Under the pieces are notes generated by a model. That model was not told where the DNA came from and did not search any database. It saw only the letters and a program-made list of their open reading frames with translations. The translations under genes and the position numbers were made by a program. DNA of 64,000 bases from Camelus ferus (Eukaryota), in NCBI RefSeq assembly GCF_009834535.1, contig NC_045696.1:44332001-44396000 (forward strand), written 5' to 3'. This document shows, piece after piece, positions 1 through 12,715 of this stretch; the stretch's first letter is position 1, and each line of letters begins with the position of its first letter.

Positions 1-518
1 ATCTTGACAAATTAATAAGCTTACTGTGCAAATACATGTAGTCAAAATAGGGTATGTTTTAGTCAAAACCCCAAAAATATCCAGTGGCCTAATTTTCATC
101 TTATAAGTGAAATTCCACAGCCAGTCCTCAATCTTTCTTAGTATCGCTGACATACTGCTGAGATACAGAAAGCCTTTTCATTGCTACTATTAATATTGCC
201 AAAGGTATGTAAAACAGACAAATGTTAAGTGTGTTTTCTCCTCCCCAGTCCTGTAGCAAGAAGTATCCATTTGAAAAGACATTTTCAGGTGGTATTATAA
301 AGGTTTACAAAGTATGCCCTTTCCATACAAAACAGGAAACTATGCCTGTTTTTGAAAATCCTTGCATCACAATAAATGAATTTTTGCTTGAGTGATGAGA
401 CAACCTTTTACTTTTCTTTATGATGGAAATTACCTGGAGATCATGTTAACTCCATCTAACTGTAACAAGTAAGTGATTAAAAGAAAAAAGGAGTCATCTG
501 TCAGATTCCACATACAGC

Positions 519-521
<3 letters not shown>

Positions 522-553
<32 letters not shown>
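522..553. repeat. (GT)n microsatellite
   Basis: Perfect GT dinucleotide run of about 16 units. Confidence 0.97.
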
Positions 554-556
<3 letters not shown>

Positions 557-914
557 TAATAACACACTTCTCTGTTTCATTTTCCAAAGTTGTTAAAATT
601 ATATAGAACATATCTGGAAGGGAGAGCAGAGATAACTCAGGAGGGGCAGTTTCAGTAGACACTCGGGGTATTTTTTCGTGAATTAGGTTTGCAGTAGAAC
701 CTCATGCCACTAAGCCTAGGAACCCGATTCAAATCCTCCATGAGAAGACGCTCAGAGAATAACAGTCTCGAACAAATTTGATTTGTGACATAATCAAACC
801 AAATGTCTTTTTGTTTCCCACTGTTCCTTTAAAATGTATTAGTGGAAGTAATCATCTCTTGCGTCTGGATTAAACATGGGGAGGCCCCATGATTTTATGG
901 TTTTCCTCTTCTGT

Positions 915-1916
915 CACAGGCAGTAGAACATGCAGTTTTACAGGGTCTAAAGCTTAGTTTAGGGAGACTTCCCTAAGGAAATGGACACTGAAATGCAATC
1001 ACACTAAAAATGAATATTTATCCAGGAGGAAAAAAGAAAGCATAAGATCTTGTACATCTCTAGAAATGTTTAAATACTGCTCACATCACAACTCTGCCTC
1101 CTCCTACTATATTTGTATCAATTACTTTCCTGAAACACATATGTAATATTTGTTCCTTACTTTTTTGGGCAAAATGCTCTTTGATTACTTTCTCATTTCA
1201 ATAATATTATGATGTCATTTTCTCATAATAATACACATCAGTTTTTATCTTGATTTAGGAAAAAAAGACTCATACTTTTTATTTTAGAAAGTTTCTTTAG
1301 CTTCATATCTGTATTAAATTTTTAAGATAATTTTATTTGGGGGAAACTTCTATCAGATTTGTTTTATGAGCTGTCAGACGTGGAAGAATTTTCCACAGAC
1401 CAACTTCTGAGTCTGTATGTTATAAGCTTTGCTTCTTCTTCCACTACCCATATATTTTTGGTGCCAGTCACAGCATGAAAACACTGAAGGCACAATATGA
1501 TGTGTGGCTCTGCACCTCTGTGGAATGGTGCCAGATGAGTTTACGCACTGGGCAGCAGGGGGGTTGCTGGGAGCCCTTTCTACACCTGGGTAGCCAGCAG
1601 TACATGAACTATGCATGGAAGTGAGTGAGAACATCGATATATTCCATGAAACCCAAATGCAAGTATCCTCAACTCAACTTCTCCGAGGCTGGATCCTAAA
1701 GTGCCCATGGTCACATAAAAGCCACTTAACTGGAAGGCAAGTGTGGTAACAGGAAGTCAGAATGGAAATAAGCAGCTATGCTGATTGTGGTTAAAATATC
1801 ATTTGCAAAATTTATGAAAACCAGTGGTCAAGTGACCATGTTGCTAGAGCTGAATCCAAGCTCCTGGCAATGAGGGGCCCTGATGCTGGCGTTAGTGTCT
1901 CAGTAAATATGCCTCT
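915..1916 (-). mobile_element. Probable ancient hAT-Tip100-type DNA transposon remnant (Zaphod/MER115-like)
   Basis: The right end 'ggggccctgatgct...cagtaaatatgcctctg' resembles the reverse complement of the remembered terminus 'cagaggcggatttaccgtgaagc...cagggcccc'. The left end 'gttttacagggtctaaagctt' resembles the other terminus. The family is from memory only. Confidence 0.4.
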
Positions 1917-2029
1917 GCGCTTAGTTTTAATAGTACCACGGGTGGTGTGCTGAGACCAGCTAATAGGCTTGGGAGACCCAATTATGCTTCTCTCTCCCCA
2001 ACTCCGGTTTCAGTGACTTCGTATTTATA

Positions 2030-2364
2030 GATAGAAACTAGCCAGGGTGGGGAACTTAAACCACAGAAAAGGGCAAATGCCACAAATCAAGGCTTTATTT
2101 GTGGAGGAACCACTTGTTATTAACCAATACAGTGCTTGTCCTACTGTCACTTCTCTCGGGCTGTGCACAGACAGAGGAGGGAGCGTTACTAGGGCACAGG
2201 AAGAAGGTGGCTGTCTGCAAGCCAAGGAGAAGCCTGTGCGGAAATCAGACCTGCTGACACCTTGATATAGAACTTTGAGCCTTTGGAACCATGAGAAAAT
2301 AAATATTCTGGGGATTAGGACAGGATTTCTTTGGGGAAGAGAAGGCATTATTCTACCTACCACA
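2030..2364. mobile_element. MaLR (MLT1A/B/C-like) solo LTR, internally rearranged
   Basis: The + strand motif 'gaaggtggctgtctgcaagccaaggaga...cctgctgacaccttgat...gagaaaataaat' is typical of the MLT1 3' half. 2310-2364 is the reverse complement of the MLT1 5' terminus (tgtggtagg..aataat...cccaaaga..cctaatcccc). Confidence 0.8.
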
Positions 2365-2419
2365 GAGGTCATCAAGTTAGGTCATAGTCAAGAGTTTTGA
2401 TTTTCTATGTATTCTGACC

Positions 2420-2622
2420 TTTGTTTGAATTCCAGGTCAGTAACAAAATACTTCTGTGAGCTTGGGCAGGTTGCTTAATCTTTCTAAGTCTTGAGTTTAC
2501 TTTAAATGGGAAAGTAATAATGCCTACCTTACAGGTTGATAGAGTTAGGTAAGAAAGTGTTTATAATATTCCTGGCATAGTGTCTGCCGTATAGCAAATG
2601 CTCAACAAATTTCAGCTATTAT
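2420..2622 (+). mobile_element. MIR SINE
   Basis: MIR core 'tgtgagcttgggcaggttgcttaatctttctaagtc...aaatgggaaagtaataatgcctaccttacaggttg' and tail 'cctggcatag...atgctcaacaaat'. Confidence 0.85.
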
Positions 2623-3759
2623 AATATTTATTGTCAATAACTGAATAAATTATCTTTTTCTCATATCTTCAACCATTTTACAATCAGTGTTTAAGTATCC
2701 CTTGACACCAGTCCATCCTGAGCACTAGAGTGGACCATGTTGACTCCAGACTTTCCTCAAAGCTTTAACAGGAGTCCAACATCACTGCTATTTCTGATTA
2801 GATATCTCACAGTAAAGCATATGTTCTCATTTATTTGGGTGATAAAAGTTCCCTCAGAATTCCTAATTAGGAAATGTTAGCCATGATAGAAAACAATATG
2901 AATTTCCCACCCATTTCTCAGCTTAACCAGAAAGCCCTACTAAGCAAATATCTTCAAAGGCAATTCTGGTTAAGCTTCCTTTTAAGCTTTTCTAGGATCA
3001 CGTCAGCCTAATGCCTGTGGTCCATCTGCATTCTAACAGTATCTCATAACTTCCTTCACATTTTTGTTATGTCTTATTAATGAATTCATTTATCCACTAC
3101 TTTCCCCTGAAACACACACACATACACACACGCACACACATGATTCTGCTCCTAACCAGCCTAGTCAGAGTGGTAGCACTTGTGATGCTCAGTCACAGAT
3201 TGTTGGAATACAAAATTAGGTAAAGAACATGAGCACATTTTGAAGACTATAGTGTGCTCCGTAAATGTAAGACATCATGTTGTTCATTGCTGATAACTGT
3301 CTTGTTAATGGAGCTTTGACACGTTGAGGTGGCTAAGTGTGACTCTACCTCACCACATGTATATACACTTCTCCTAAAACATTTTTATGATGGAAAAGAC
3401 TCTCTGTTGTACGCCTGGAAGAAGATTGTCTCAGTTATCATTTGGAGTAGAAGACAAATTAAGAAGGTCTTTGAAGCAATGTTATACTTAAACCCAGGGC
3501 ATTCTTCCCATGGCTATGGTCTCCATAGAAGTTAAAGGAAATCCAGTAATAATGTATGCATTTTGGTCTACGTATTTCTTGCCACAATATTTCATTGTTC
3601 ACTCTTATTCCAAATTAAATGCAGAACTAAATATAGGTACACTATTGCCTGCTATTCCTTCCTTTTATAGTGTCCCTCCTATCTATCTAGTAAACACAAC
3701 TTTCATATATAAGACTACCTGTCTTGTGAAGGCTTTTCTGATTTCATGGATAGTGAGTT

Positions 3760-4980
3760 TTTAAAATATTTACTAATGCCAAGTGCTAGTATGTGCCTGC
3801 CTTGGCAGGAAACTAAACAGATAATGTTCTCATTCTCATAATGCTTAAATGTCAGTGTGGATATAAATAGTTCAAGAAAAAAGTTTGAGTTTATATTATA
3901 TATATGCATGTACATATCTAGATAGATAGATATAAATGTTATAAGAAAAAATAGAGTAGAATAAGGTGCTATAGTCCCAGGCGGTGTTGGGTAAGTTTTC
4001 TTAATGGGAGTGCCATTTGAGGATAGTCTAAGTGGAGATTTGAAAGAGCCAAGTAATAACCTGAGGAAGAATATGCTTGATGGGGAAAAAAATGGCAAAT
4101 ATTCTCAAGCGGGCAGGGAATACATGTGGCATGTATTCGGGATAGCAAGGGCACCAGTGTAAGTGAATGAGGGAAGGAATGGTTGAAGATAAATTGTAGA
4201 GATGGTCAACTTTCAGTTTATTTAGCCTTGTAGGTTGTGATGAGGATTTAGCGTTTTATTATAAATGCAACTGAATTCTAAATGTGGCAGAATGATATGA
4301 TAGTACCTACATTTTTAAAAGATTACTCTAGGTGTTTTGTGTAAAAAGTGGTTGATGAGGAGTGCAAGAGTAGAATTAGAGGACCCAGGGAGAGTTTTAT
4401 TGCAGGAGCTCTGATGAGAGATGATGGCAGCTTAGTCTTTGGTTTTAGCAAACGGTAACAAGCAGAAGAATTTTGGATTTATTTTAAAAATAGATCCAAA
4501 AACATGTGCTCTCAGATCAGATATGAGGGGTGACAGAATATAAGGTGTTAAGGATAATTCCAAGTATTCTGAATATAAAGCTGAAAAGTTGCAGTTGCCA
4601 TTTGTTGTGATAGGAAGTCCACGAGACATAGATAAATAATTTTCCAAGTTAGTATAAGGAACAAGTCAGGTTTGGAGCAGACATACATTGCTTCAGACAG
4701 TCTAGAGTTGCCATTTACCAAGATGGGGAAGGACTTTAGTGTAATCGAGAGTCCACTATTGGATATTAAGAGCTTGAAATTCTAACAGATATTCAGTTGC
4801 AGGCAACGATCAGGAGTAGGTTAAATACAAAGAACTGGATTTCAGGGGGAGAAAAGTTCTGTGTTAGAGTCAAACCTTCGAAAGTTGTCAGTGCAATTTG
4901 ATATTTAAATCCACACGACTGGATGAGATCATCTAGGACATAAATGTAAACAAAGAAAATAAATTTTTCAAGGACTGAGA
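3760..4980 (-). mobile_element. L2 LINE fragment (3' region)
   Basis: Antisense L2 motifs: 'tttttaaaagattactctagg', 'gagagatgatggcagcttag', 'gttgccatttaccaagatggggaag', 'gactggatgagatcatctagga'. Confidence 0.8.
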
Positions 4981-5640
4981 CAATTTATTTTGATGAGCAT
5001 ATTGAAGCCCAGACTAATTAAGAGATTTCCTTTAGTTCAGCTAATGATCTCCAGGGCCAGGATTAGAAATGCAATCTCCTTCATCTTCATTCTGTGTTCC
5101 TCCCAATAAACTTGCCCCTGGTTTGGGTGAAAATGTAAATATATGTTTCCTGTGTGAACACATATTAACACACACAATAATAAATCCTAAGACATGCATG
5201 TAGCTTTGGATATATCCAAGTATGTGGATTCCCAAAGGTATCCTTCACCTCAGAGCCCCATGCAATCAACAGTCATTGTGCAGAGCAGATAAACACATTC
5301 TAAGATAATAAGCCATCATCATACTGCACCTGCTGCCAAAAGAAAAGGGCAGTCATCTACCACAGCTCCCAAATAAAAATCTTGAAATGAAAGGTGTAAA
5401 GTCCATTGCATCACAGAAATAAAATAATCTTACTCGTGTCTCTTTCAGCAAAATGATCACTCTCTCCTTGTACTACAGTGAAATTAATTGCATATCTCAC
5501 CTACTAGATAGGGAATTCCTGAGCAGCAGGGATCTTTTGTTGTAGATATCTGTACCCTCCTGATTAGAAAATGGTATCTAGCTGATTTTCAACAAATGGG
5601 TTTTGAAAGAAGAAAAAAGGAAGATTAAAATATTGCGCTA

Positions 5641-6073
5641 CTAATGCCATTTGCAACATGGATGGAAATAGAGATCATCTTTGTTAGTGAAGGAAGCCAG
5701 AAAGATAAAGAGAAATACCATACAATACCACTCATATATGGAATCTAAAATAAAAAGACACACATCAACTTATTTACAAACAGAAACAGACTCAGAGACA
5801 TAGAAAATAAACTTATGGTGACCAGGGGGGAAAGGGTGGGAAGTGATAAATTGGGAGTTCGAGATTGGCAGATACTAACTGCTATATATAAAACAGATTA
5901 AAAAAACAAGTTTCTTCTGTATAACACAGGGAACTATAGTGAATATCTTGTAGTAACCTTAATGAAAAAGAATATGAAAATGAATATATGTATGTATATG
6001 TATGATTGAAACATTATGCTGCACACCAGAAATTGACATAACATTGTAAACTGACTATAATAAAAAATAGAGG
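5641..6073 (+). mobile_element. 5'-truncated L1 3' UTR (artiodactyl/camelid-type)
   Basis: 'aatgccatttgcaacatggatgga...aaataccatac...aaacagactcagagacatagaaaataaacttatgg...cacagggaactata...cattgtaaactgactata' with an A-rich tail. Flanked by a degenerate TSD aaaatattgcgcta (5627-5640) / aaaatgttgtgcta (6074-6087). Confidence 0.92.
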
Positions 6074-6108
6074 AAAATGTTGTGCTATTAACATTAAGAA
6101 GCATGGGA

Positions 6109-6390
6109 ATTAGACTCATAGACATAGAATACAAACTTGTGGTTGCCAAGGGGGCAGGGGGTAGGGAGGGATAGACTGGGATTTCAAACTTGTAGAATAG
6201 ACAAACAAGATTATACTGTACAGCACAGGGAAATACATACAAGATCTTATGGTAGCTCACAGAGAAAAAAAATGTGACAATGAACATAAATATGTTCATG
6301 TATAGCTGAAAAATTGTGCTGTACGGTGGAATTTGACACAACATTGTAAAATGATTATAATTCAATAAAAAATGCTAAAAAAAAAAAAAA
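6109..6390 (+). mobile_element. Young 5'-truncated L1 3' end (camelid-type)
   Basis: 'agactcatagacatagaatacaaacttgtggttgcc...gaatttgacacaacattgtaaaatgattataattcaataaaa' plus poly(A). Perfect TSD aagcatggga at 6099-6108 and 6391-6400. Confidence 0.93.
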
Positions 6391-7109
6391 AAGCATGGGA
6401 CTTGAGAGAATTTGTTCCTCAACCCTCATGTGTTCTGAGAGAGCTGTTTCAGTTAGGTAGGGGAGCAGGAAAAGATGGCCCTGAGAAATAGAAGGGGAAA
6501 AGAAGGGTGGTGTGGAAGAAAGAGTAAGCTCAGGACAAGGGGAACCTGAAAACTCATCAATAAACAAGAAAAACCCAGTCAACAAGAAGAGTTTAAAGAT
6601 GTAAACACAGACCACAGATGTCTCAAAGACTGGAGGAGATTGGAAATAGAAAGGTTAAAGAAGGTTGGTGCACAAAGTAGTTGGACTTGCAAGAGCAGGG
6701 GAAAATTTTCTCATGAAACAAGAGGGAAGTAAGTAGGTGAAGAAAATGTTGATGTAGAAAACTATTCAAAGAGAAAGGTGAACTTAATAACAGTGAGATG
6801 GGAAACAAGGTCATTCTCTGAGAGTAAAGAAGATGCTGGTGTGTTCGGATAGCATGAGAATTCTCAGAAAGTATTAAAACAGCCATTGTGAGAAGTATGA
6901 TAGAAAGTCCAGAGGAGATGGACGGATGGCTTTCAGAGTTAGAATAAAGGATGAGAACAGTATGAATTTGAAGTTGTAACAACATTGCTTCAAAGTTTTT
7001 AGTGAAACAGTTTTACTAGTACTAATTTTGTAAAGTATTTATGCAAGTATAATAGAAAATAATTCCCAATATGAATAGATAATTCACTGAGTGTTTAATA
7101 CAAACATAT

Positions 7110-7320
7110 CACTTCTTGGGTAATTTACTATGTGCTGGGCTCTAATCGAAGCACTTCTCAGGAAATAACTTACTGTATCCTCCTTCAAATTCTACGAGGT
7201 AGAATTTATTATCATCTCCATTTTAGATATGAATAGTTGAGGCATAGAAACATTAAGCTTTCTAATCAAAGCAAACAAATTGGTCAAGCATTGAATTGGA
7301 GTTCAGATGCCAGGCTCTTA
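7110..7320 (-). mobile_element. MIR SINE
   Basis: Antisense MIR 'ttactatgtgctgggc...aagcactt...attatcatctccattttagatatga..ttgaggcataga'. Confidence 0.8.
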
Positions 7321-8069
7321 AACAGAGTATGAGTCATTGACCAAAAATAAGTCAATTTGTGTGAGTGTGTGTATGTGTGCGTGTGTATGTGAACCCTTCT
7401 TTTTTTCTTGTCAGGCTTGTGGTGGCAAGAAAAATGAAAGCTGTATGACCGTAAGACGAAAGATACGAAATGAGAGGGCAGTGTTTCTGAAAAGTGGAAA
7501 ATTTCAAGTGAGAAAAATACACATAGTGACTTAAGAGATGAGAAAAAATCCAGAAATATGTTGGTTCAACATACTTCACGTGGGTAAAGCAACAGTATCT
7601 TCGGTAAAGGGAAAATCTTTGAAAAGAAGTCTTTCTGTTTAAAACGATAATGGGCAGTAAAGTTCACAATCTAGAAATATTGTCAGGTTAAAAGTGAACC
7701 TCTGTCAGGATTATGAGGAGATGTGTATAAACTAAAAGAATAATTAATTAAAGAATAAGTGTATTTTTTTAATGTTTTGGAACAGTTTGGGAGAAAGCCA
7801 TTCACTCTCACTCATGCATTCCTTTAATTCATTTAATACTTGTGTTTGTGCTTAGAAATCGCCTCACTATTCTACACAATTTGATTGTGGGTAGTTGGGG
7901 GATGAACATAGACAAATTTGGTTTATTGACTTTAGATGGCATCTACATAACTCTACCCATGAAGCACTTGGTTAAAGGAAAAGTTGGTTGGTTAAACAGG
8001 AAAATGGATAATTACTACCATCTTAGGTAAGAAAGAATGTTTAAAAAAAAAAATGGGTTTCTTGGCTTG

Positions 8070-8200
8070 TGCTCCGGAGACCTGTATCCAGTGGGGCTCT
8101 CCCACCTACTGGCATGTGCAGACTGCTTAGCACCTGTGGGCCTCGGTGTTACCATCTGTGCGGTAAGAGTTGATCTTTGAGACCCTGTCTAGTTCTAACA
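8070..8200 (+). mobile_element. MIR3/MIRc-like SINE fragment
   Basis: 'ctgtgggcctcggtgttaccatctgt...gatctttgagaccctgtctagttcta'. Confidence 0.6.
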
Positions 8201-8263
8201 GCCAGCGAATATCTAATGTTAAGATTGTAACCCAAAACACAGACTGTCATGATGGCTACCTGA

Positions 8264-8568
8264 GGACAAGGACTCCCTTCCTGACCAAACTTGAGGCAGG
8301 CTCTTCTGAGCCCTGTTCTTTACTGGCCTTGGCCTAGTGAGCCCAATTTATACAGAAACTTCCATCTTGTTACCTAATCAAGTTCCTCTTAGTAATTTTT
8401 CACCACTACCTCCCTCACTCTGTGCACTGACCATAAATCCTAGCGATTCTTGCCATTTTAGAAGTTGAGCTTAGTTCTATACTGAAGTCTCTCTCTTCTA
8501 CTGCAATAGCTCAAATATAATCTGACTTTCTGTTTTTAACAAATGTCCAGTACAAATTCTCTTTGATT
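8264..8568 (+). mobile_element. ERV1 solo LTR (MER31/MER67-like)
   Basis: The start 'gacaaggactcccttcctgaccaaacttgaggcaggctcttctgagccct' and the end 'gaagttgagcttagttc...ctactgcaatag...ttaacaaatgtcc...ctttga' match the remembered MER31-family pattern. Confidence 0.7.
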
Positions 8569-8689
8569 CTGAAGATACCAGAAACTGATCTTGACATCTA
8601 TAAGATGTAAAAATTTGGTGAACATAAAAATACAAGACAGAATATATGGAATCCGATTTCTTCAGTAATAACAGATTAAATTAAATTAA

Positions 8690-8828
8690 TTTTTAATTTT
8701 TTTAATTAATTATTTTTGTGGGGGGAGGTAATTATGTCTTTTTTTTTAAGAGGACATATCAGGGATTGAACTCAGAACCTCATGCATACTAAACATGCAC
8801 TCTGCCACTTGAGCTATATACCCTCCCC
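8690..8828 (-). mobile_element. tRNA-derived camelid SINE (Vic-1-like)
   Basis: The reverse complement reads ggggagggtatatagctcaagtggcagagtgcatg...gagttcaatccc (Pol III A and B boxes), then 'aattacctcccccc' and an A-rich tail. Confidence 0.88.
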
Positions 8829-8846
8829 TCTTAAATTTTAAAAGTA

Positions 8847-8929
8847 GTGTGTTTGTGTGTGTGTGTGTGGGTGTATGTGTGTGTGTGTGTGTGTGTGGAG
8901 AGAGAGAAAGAGAGATTGAAAGAGAGAGA
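8847..8929. repeat. Compound (TG)n-(GA)n microsatellite
   Basis: Imperfect TG run followed by a GA run. Confidence 0.93.
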
Positions 8930-10569
8930 CAAAGAAAGACTGGTTTTTAAGATAGAATCACTGTGTACATTTTTTTTTTCTGGAAGGAAGGTACGGAATT
9001 ATCTGTTTTCCTAAAAGGTTGTATGTACTAATCATTGTAGAGAGTTCCTTTTTTCCTCCCTTTAAAATAAGACTAAACTGTGTCTGTGTTCTAGCATTCT
9101 GATTGGTAAATGGTATGTTCCTTTATCATATTTGGAGTTATTTAGATATTTTTATATATTTGGAGTTATCTAAACATTATTTTGAATAGGCTGTGCTGCC
9201 ATTTTTAGATAATGGATAAAATCTAATTCCTAATAGTGCTAAGCTCCTGTCTCAAGAGGAATAACCTGTTCTGGCTTCACTGGGATTTTATGAATCATAT
9301 TTATTATCATAAGATGTATTTGAAAGTAAGAAATGTGTGCTTTCATTCACGATCTTGAAAGACATATTTGCTGTTATGGAGAAGGTTTGCAAACACATAC
9401 ATAGAAAACAAAGATTAATGCCTAAAAAATTTTGTTCTAAGAAATCATCTGAAAAAGACTTCACATGCATGAAATATTTCACAGGTATGCTGGTAAAAAT
9501 TGCCATGGTGATTACAAAGGTCATGACTATGGAAGAAGGACTTTTACCTTCCATGAGGACATTCTTAAACCTTTATTTCAGATAATACCTTACTTGAGAT
9601 TATTGAATTTTTACATTCTTATACAGACCAATCATAATATAAGGACACCAAAAATTTTTCTAGTATTAAAGATATTAACAAAAAATATGAATATGTACTT
9701 CCTGAAACATCTGGGACTCATCCAAACTGTCACCTTGACTTATTCCTGATTTAAAGTGATGTGAATGAATAAATGGAAAGAAAACCTAATTCACATTGTA
9801 AAGGAAGGCTAGATATTCAAATGGCAACTAAAATACATTTATCACAGGATAATCAGTAAATGAAGAAATACATGTATATAAAATCATAAAAGGATATTTA
9901 AAATACAAAGTAGCATGCTTAAAATATTTATATGTAGTACTTATATATTTAAAATTCATAAATTCATTCTTTGATATTGAAATAACCTAAGAGAATAACT
10001 TGGAGGAAAAACGCACAGATCAATACAGATAAAAGAAGACATATATGAAAACATCAACACTTAGTAAGTGAAATATAGCTAACTCAAACAACTATTAACA
10101 AGGTGATTTTCATTCACTTTTAGACTGTAATGAAGATCATTAGAACCTTGACTTTACTCAGTCGTAGGTCATGTTTCAAAATAGAAAAGGTCTGAATTTG
10201 CTTCACTATGACTTTTCATCAATCGTTTTTTTCTCTTTCTGAAACTTATCCTTTTCCTAAACTATTCTCCTTTCTCCTTTCTAAAAGCCAGCTAGCTTGT
10301 TGTTGACATGTCCCTACTAAACTTATATCTCCTAGGAGAGTTGCAATTTTAATAAGATTTTATGTTATAAAATTTTTTCTCTTTTTACACAAACTATTAT
10401 TAAAACAATATAATAAAGAAGAAATTTGAAAATAAAACCAACTAAATAATAATCTCAACACAATAAGCCAACAGTTGCTTTTGTAATTTGTGCTGTTCTC
10501 TCATCTTTGACCATATATACACATAGTGTTCATATAATTTTGAACTCTGCTTGTTTTTCTTTTCTTACT

Positions 10570-11050
10570 TAATATTAAGATGTAAGATTTGGGGTTATTA
10601 AATCATTTCCCAGTGTTTCAACAATTTTCAAAATGCTGTAAATAGCATCTTAGAGATGTGAAGTTTTGCCTGGCTTTTGTATTTTTGATTAATTTAAAAC
10701 TGTGTTTAAGGAACCAATGGATAGAACAGTTTTCAAGGTCTTCAGAATGATGATTCTGCTTTTCAAAAGCTTCGCATCACTTTACAATGCTACCAGTTAA
10801 TGTATGAATGTACCAGTCTTACCCCAATCTCATTAACATTGGGTATTATGTTCGTTAATGTAATAGGTTTTAAATGTACCTTTTCAATGTTTTAATTTGC
10901 AAGTCTTTAATTAGTTGAGAACCTGTTCATGTTACCAGATGTTTGTTTTCTACCTGGAATTTTTTAAAATCAATTATCCACTCCTGGTATAGGTCCACTT
11001 CCCTGGTGGTATCGTGATGTTTTCATAACTTGAATAAGTACTTTGTATTT
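10570..11050 (-). mobile_element. Ancient L1 (L1ME-like) 3' fragment
   Basis: Antisense L1 motifs 'aatgctgtaaatagcatctt', 'tttacaatgctaccag..tgtatgaatgtaccagt', 'gttttaatttgca'. Heavily decayed. Confidence 0.65.
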
Positions 11051-12661
11051 AAAACAGTATCTATTTTTAATGTTTGGTGCATGTTATATGTACTTCTTGT
11101 TTTCTATATTTTTTACATTTATTTGTGCAAATGTATATGAGATTACAAGTGGCTTTAAACTTTTTTGACTATGGTCATGTAGGTACTGAGTGACATTTTG
11201 AAAAGCAGCTGGATTTTTCTGGCTCTGTCCAAAGTACATCAAATGGGCAGCATCTTGGCCTGCTTCTTTAGCATCTTTAGCCTCATAGATTCCAGTAATG
11301 GGCTCTTTTATGCAGGATGATGATACATGAATACCGCCAATAATAAAATGCATTCTAATAGAAATGTGTATTTAAATGAATAAAGGCCTTGTGATGATGT
11401 AGCAAAAATGGCCAAAGGACTGGGAAGGGAAATAACTGTAAACTTGTAAAATGTATAGCTTCTCAAATTGAATAGGATCAGGCAAAGGCAAGTAATAGTC
11501 TAATACCTGGAGAATGTAAGCAAAACCTAAAAGAATAGAACTCTAATGAGATGACCTGAAGAGAAATTTAACAAATATCAAATATTTTTATAGTCAGCTC
11601 AAATGCAGTATGTATACAACAGCTATTACTGATGTTTTGTTTGAATACCTTTCCAAACTTTTTTAGGACTAGAAGACAGAGTAACTCATTACAAGTCAGT
11701 GCCAAAATCAACACCTAGCTCAAAAACACACTATTTTTGTTTTGCTTTCAACCATGGTTCCAGGACTTCCCTCAAATTATCCAAAATATTTCAAAATTTT
11801 GAGTGGGAGTGGAGGCTAAAGTATAGTGGACAAATGCAAAGAGGCTAGAAAAAATAAACTCCAAAAGAGAGGGGGAAAAAAAAGAAACAATAAACAAGGG
11901 AAACATTCTTGCCATAGTTTCAATGGCTTGGCTAATTGGAAAATCAAGCGCAGTGAAACCTGCTTCTATGCACCTGGTGAATCCCACATACACCTCAAAT
12001 CCCACAGCCAGAGAAGCAGTATTCATTTTATTTCCTCACTCTTCCTGATCTAAAACTAGGATTCATCTTGATAGCATCCAGATTTATTACGAAGTATTAA
12101 TTAGTGAAGCTGTACTAACTTCATTGGTATTGTATGGTTTTCACTTTTTCCCCTCTGAGACGTTTATGTAAAGGTACTATACAATAAATAACACTTTTTA
12201 CAAGTTCTCTTTGAAGAACAGAAAGACTTGATGTAACATCTGACTAACCTACATTCAGCAAAATTCTGGGTTTGAACTGAGTTGATTTCTGACTTACTTG
12301 CTAATGACCTCTATGACGCTATTAAGAAGACTTCTTTCTTCTTTCCTCTAAATGCTTCATATTTTAGTATTCTTTCACTTCAGTTTTTAAAAAAATCTTC
12401 CAGCAGCTCCAACTTTTCAGGTTGAATGTGTACTATTTAGTCCTTGTGAGCAACTTTGACTATATTTGTTAAAATAATATGCGTTTTATATTTTCTCTCT
12501 CCTTCAACCATTATGAAAGTGATTCCACGCCCAGATACCTACAGTCTGGTGGAGACAAGATTCAGAGAATGAGAATAGAATTGAGGAAACGCCAAAAGGA
12601 AATAAAGTGAAGTAGGTGTAATAAAGAAAAAAACCCTGGAAATCTTTTGAAGCCAACAGAA

Positions 12662-12677
12662 TGTGTGTGTGTGTGCA

Positions 12678-12714
<37 letters not shown>
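12662..12714. repeat. (TG)n microsatellite with gcatgcg interruption
   Basis: Uninterrupted purine-pyrimidine alternation of about 53 bp. Confidence 0.97.

Positions 12715-12715
<1 letters not shown>

Noticed and set aside
6400..7000. Purine-rich tract possibly an old L2 fragment
   Set aside because: Too decayed to assign family or boundaries by eye.
11084..11353. 89 aa ORF with protein-like composition
   Set aside because: No recognisable domain, no clear splice or promoter context, and the length is within chance expectation.
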